Assembly: GCA_963817385.1 (NCBI GenBank)
Contig: CAWFOM010000016.1
Coordinates: forward strand, 110,122-174,121
Origin: an uncultured delta proteobacterium
GTDB lineage: Bacteria > Desulfobacterota > Syntrophia > Syntrophales > UBA5619
DNA: 64,000 nt
Direction of reading: 5' to 3'
The notes under the pieces were generated by a model. That model ran no database searches. It saw only the letters and a program-made list of their open reading frames with translations, and was not told the origin of the DNA. The position numbers and the translations under genes are program-made. Below are positions 63,169 through 64,000 of the stretch, one piece after another. Within the stretch, counting starts at the first letter, position 1. Every line of letters begins with the position of its first letter.

Positions 63169-63915
63169 ATGAAAAAATTGCTTTTTGGAACAATACTTTT
63201 GGCGTCGCTGCTTGTACTTCCCTTTACAACGATGGCACGGGTAGATGTAAGCATTAACATTGCACTGCCTCCACCCATCGTATTTCCCGCACCTCCCATG
63301 GTAATCGTGATACCCGATACACATGTCTATGTTGATCCTGACATTGATATAGACCTCTTTTTCTGGAATGGCTGGTGGTGGCGTCTATGGGAAGGCCGCT
63401 GGTATCGCTCATCTTATTATGACCGAGGCTGGCGTTATTACAGGAATGTCCCCAGTTTTTATTTTGATGTAGACCCGGGTTGGAGAAGATATTACAGGGA
63501 ACATGATTGGCACGGGCACCGGTGGGACTTTGAACGGATCCCTCAGCGGCGGCTTCAACAGAACTGGAAGAGCTGGCAGAATAATCGACGTTGGGAAAGG
63601 CAGGGAACCTGGGGTGTCCAGAACTATCAACCCCGGCCGCGACAACAGAGACAGGAGCTGAGACAACAAAGGCAGCAGGAATATCAACGGAAACCTGAGA
63701 TTCAGAGACAAAGACAACAGCAGCAGGAACTTCGGGAGAGGAGCCAGCAGCAAAGACAACGATCCCAGGAGAGGATTCCGCAGCCACGACAGCAATCCCA
63801 GGACAGAGTGCAGACGCCAAGACAGCAACCCCAGGAAAGGGTTCAGCAGCGACAACACTCTCAACCCCTGGAAAAGCCCGAACGAGGGGAGCGAGAACGA
63901 CCGGATAGAAGGTAG
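63169..63915 (+). CDS. Exported protein with Trp/Tyr-rich domain and Q/R-rich tail
   Basis: Signal peptide; VSINIALPPP; FFWNGWWW; low-complexity C-terminus. Confidence 0.8.
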   Translation: MKKLLFGTILLASLLVLPFTTMARVDVSINIALPPPIVFPAPPMVIVIPDTHVYVDPDIDIDLFFWNGWWWRLWEGRWYRSSYYDRGWRYYRNVPSFYFDVDPGWRRYYREHDWHGHRWDFERIPQRRLQQNWKSWQNNRRWERQGTWGVQNYQPRPRQQRQELRQQRQQEYQRKPEIQRQRQQQQELRERSQQQRQRSQERIPQPRQQSQDRVQTPRQQPQERVQQRQHSQPLEKPERGERERPDRR

Positions 63916-64000
63916 GACGACAGATTGTCCTGCAAGGAGCTGCGCCTTTCAATCCGCATTCGATGATCCGGCCCAATCATCACGCGTGCCGCTTTGTATT

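Overview
Bacterial chromosomal window whose gene content suggests an anaerobic deltaproteobacterium (Syntrophales-like; inferred, not proven). 0.1-22.6 kb is an acyl-CoA catabolic cluster: CoA ligases, a 2-hydroxyacyl-CoA dehydratase-family pair, acyl-CoA dehydrogenases, a biotin-dependent carboxylase operon with a beta-keto-acid cleavage enzyme, TetR with a perfect 32-bp palindrome, a family III CoA transferase and a thiolase. 23-35.5 kb is a visibly AT-richer block: a sigma54 two-component system, an FN3-repeat c-type cytochrome lipoprotein, an FN3/InlB-repeat surface protein behind a c-di-GMP-I riboswitch and CRP-like boxes, and IS630 elements. 35.5-64 kb is mixed housekeeping and accessory DNA: amtB-PII, Crp, typA, DEAD helicase, a divergent AbfD, korA/korC without korB, pal and a radical SAM gene. 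The best hidden feature is a GrdB/PrdB-family selenoprotein at 57253-58140 (in-frame UGA, UxxC motif, SECIS-like hairpin) that the ORF track splits in two; it appears to share an operon with a PaaI thioesterase and a MesB-like methionine synthase. About a dozen frameshifts, mostly single-base insertions, look like long-read errors rather than pseudogenes. All family calls are by eye from motifs; no searches were run.
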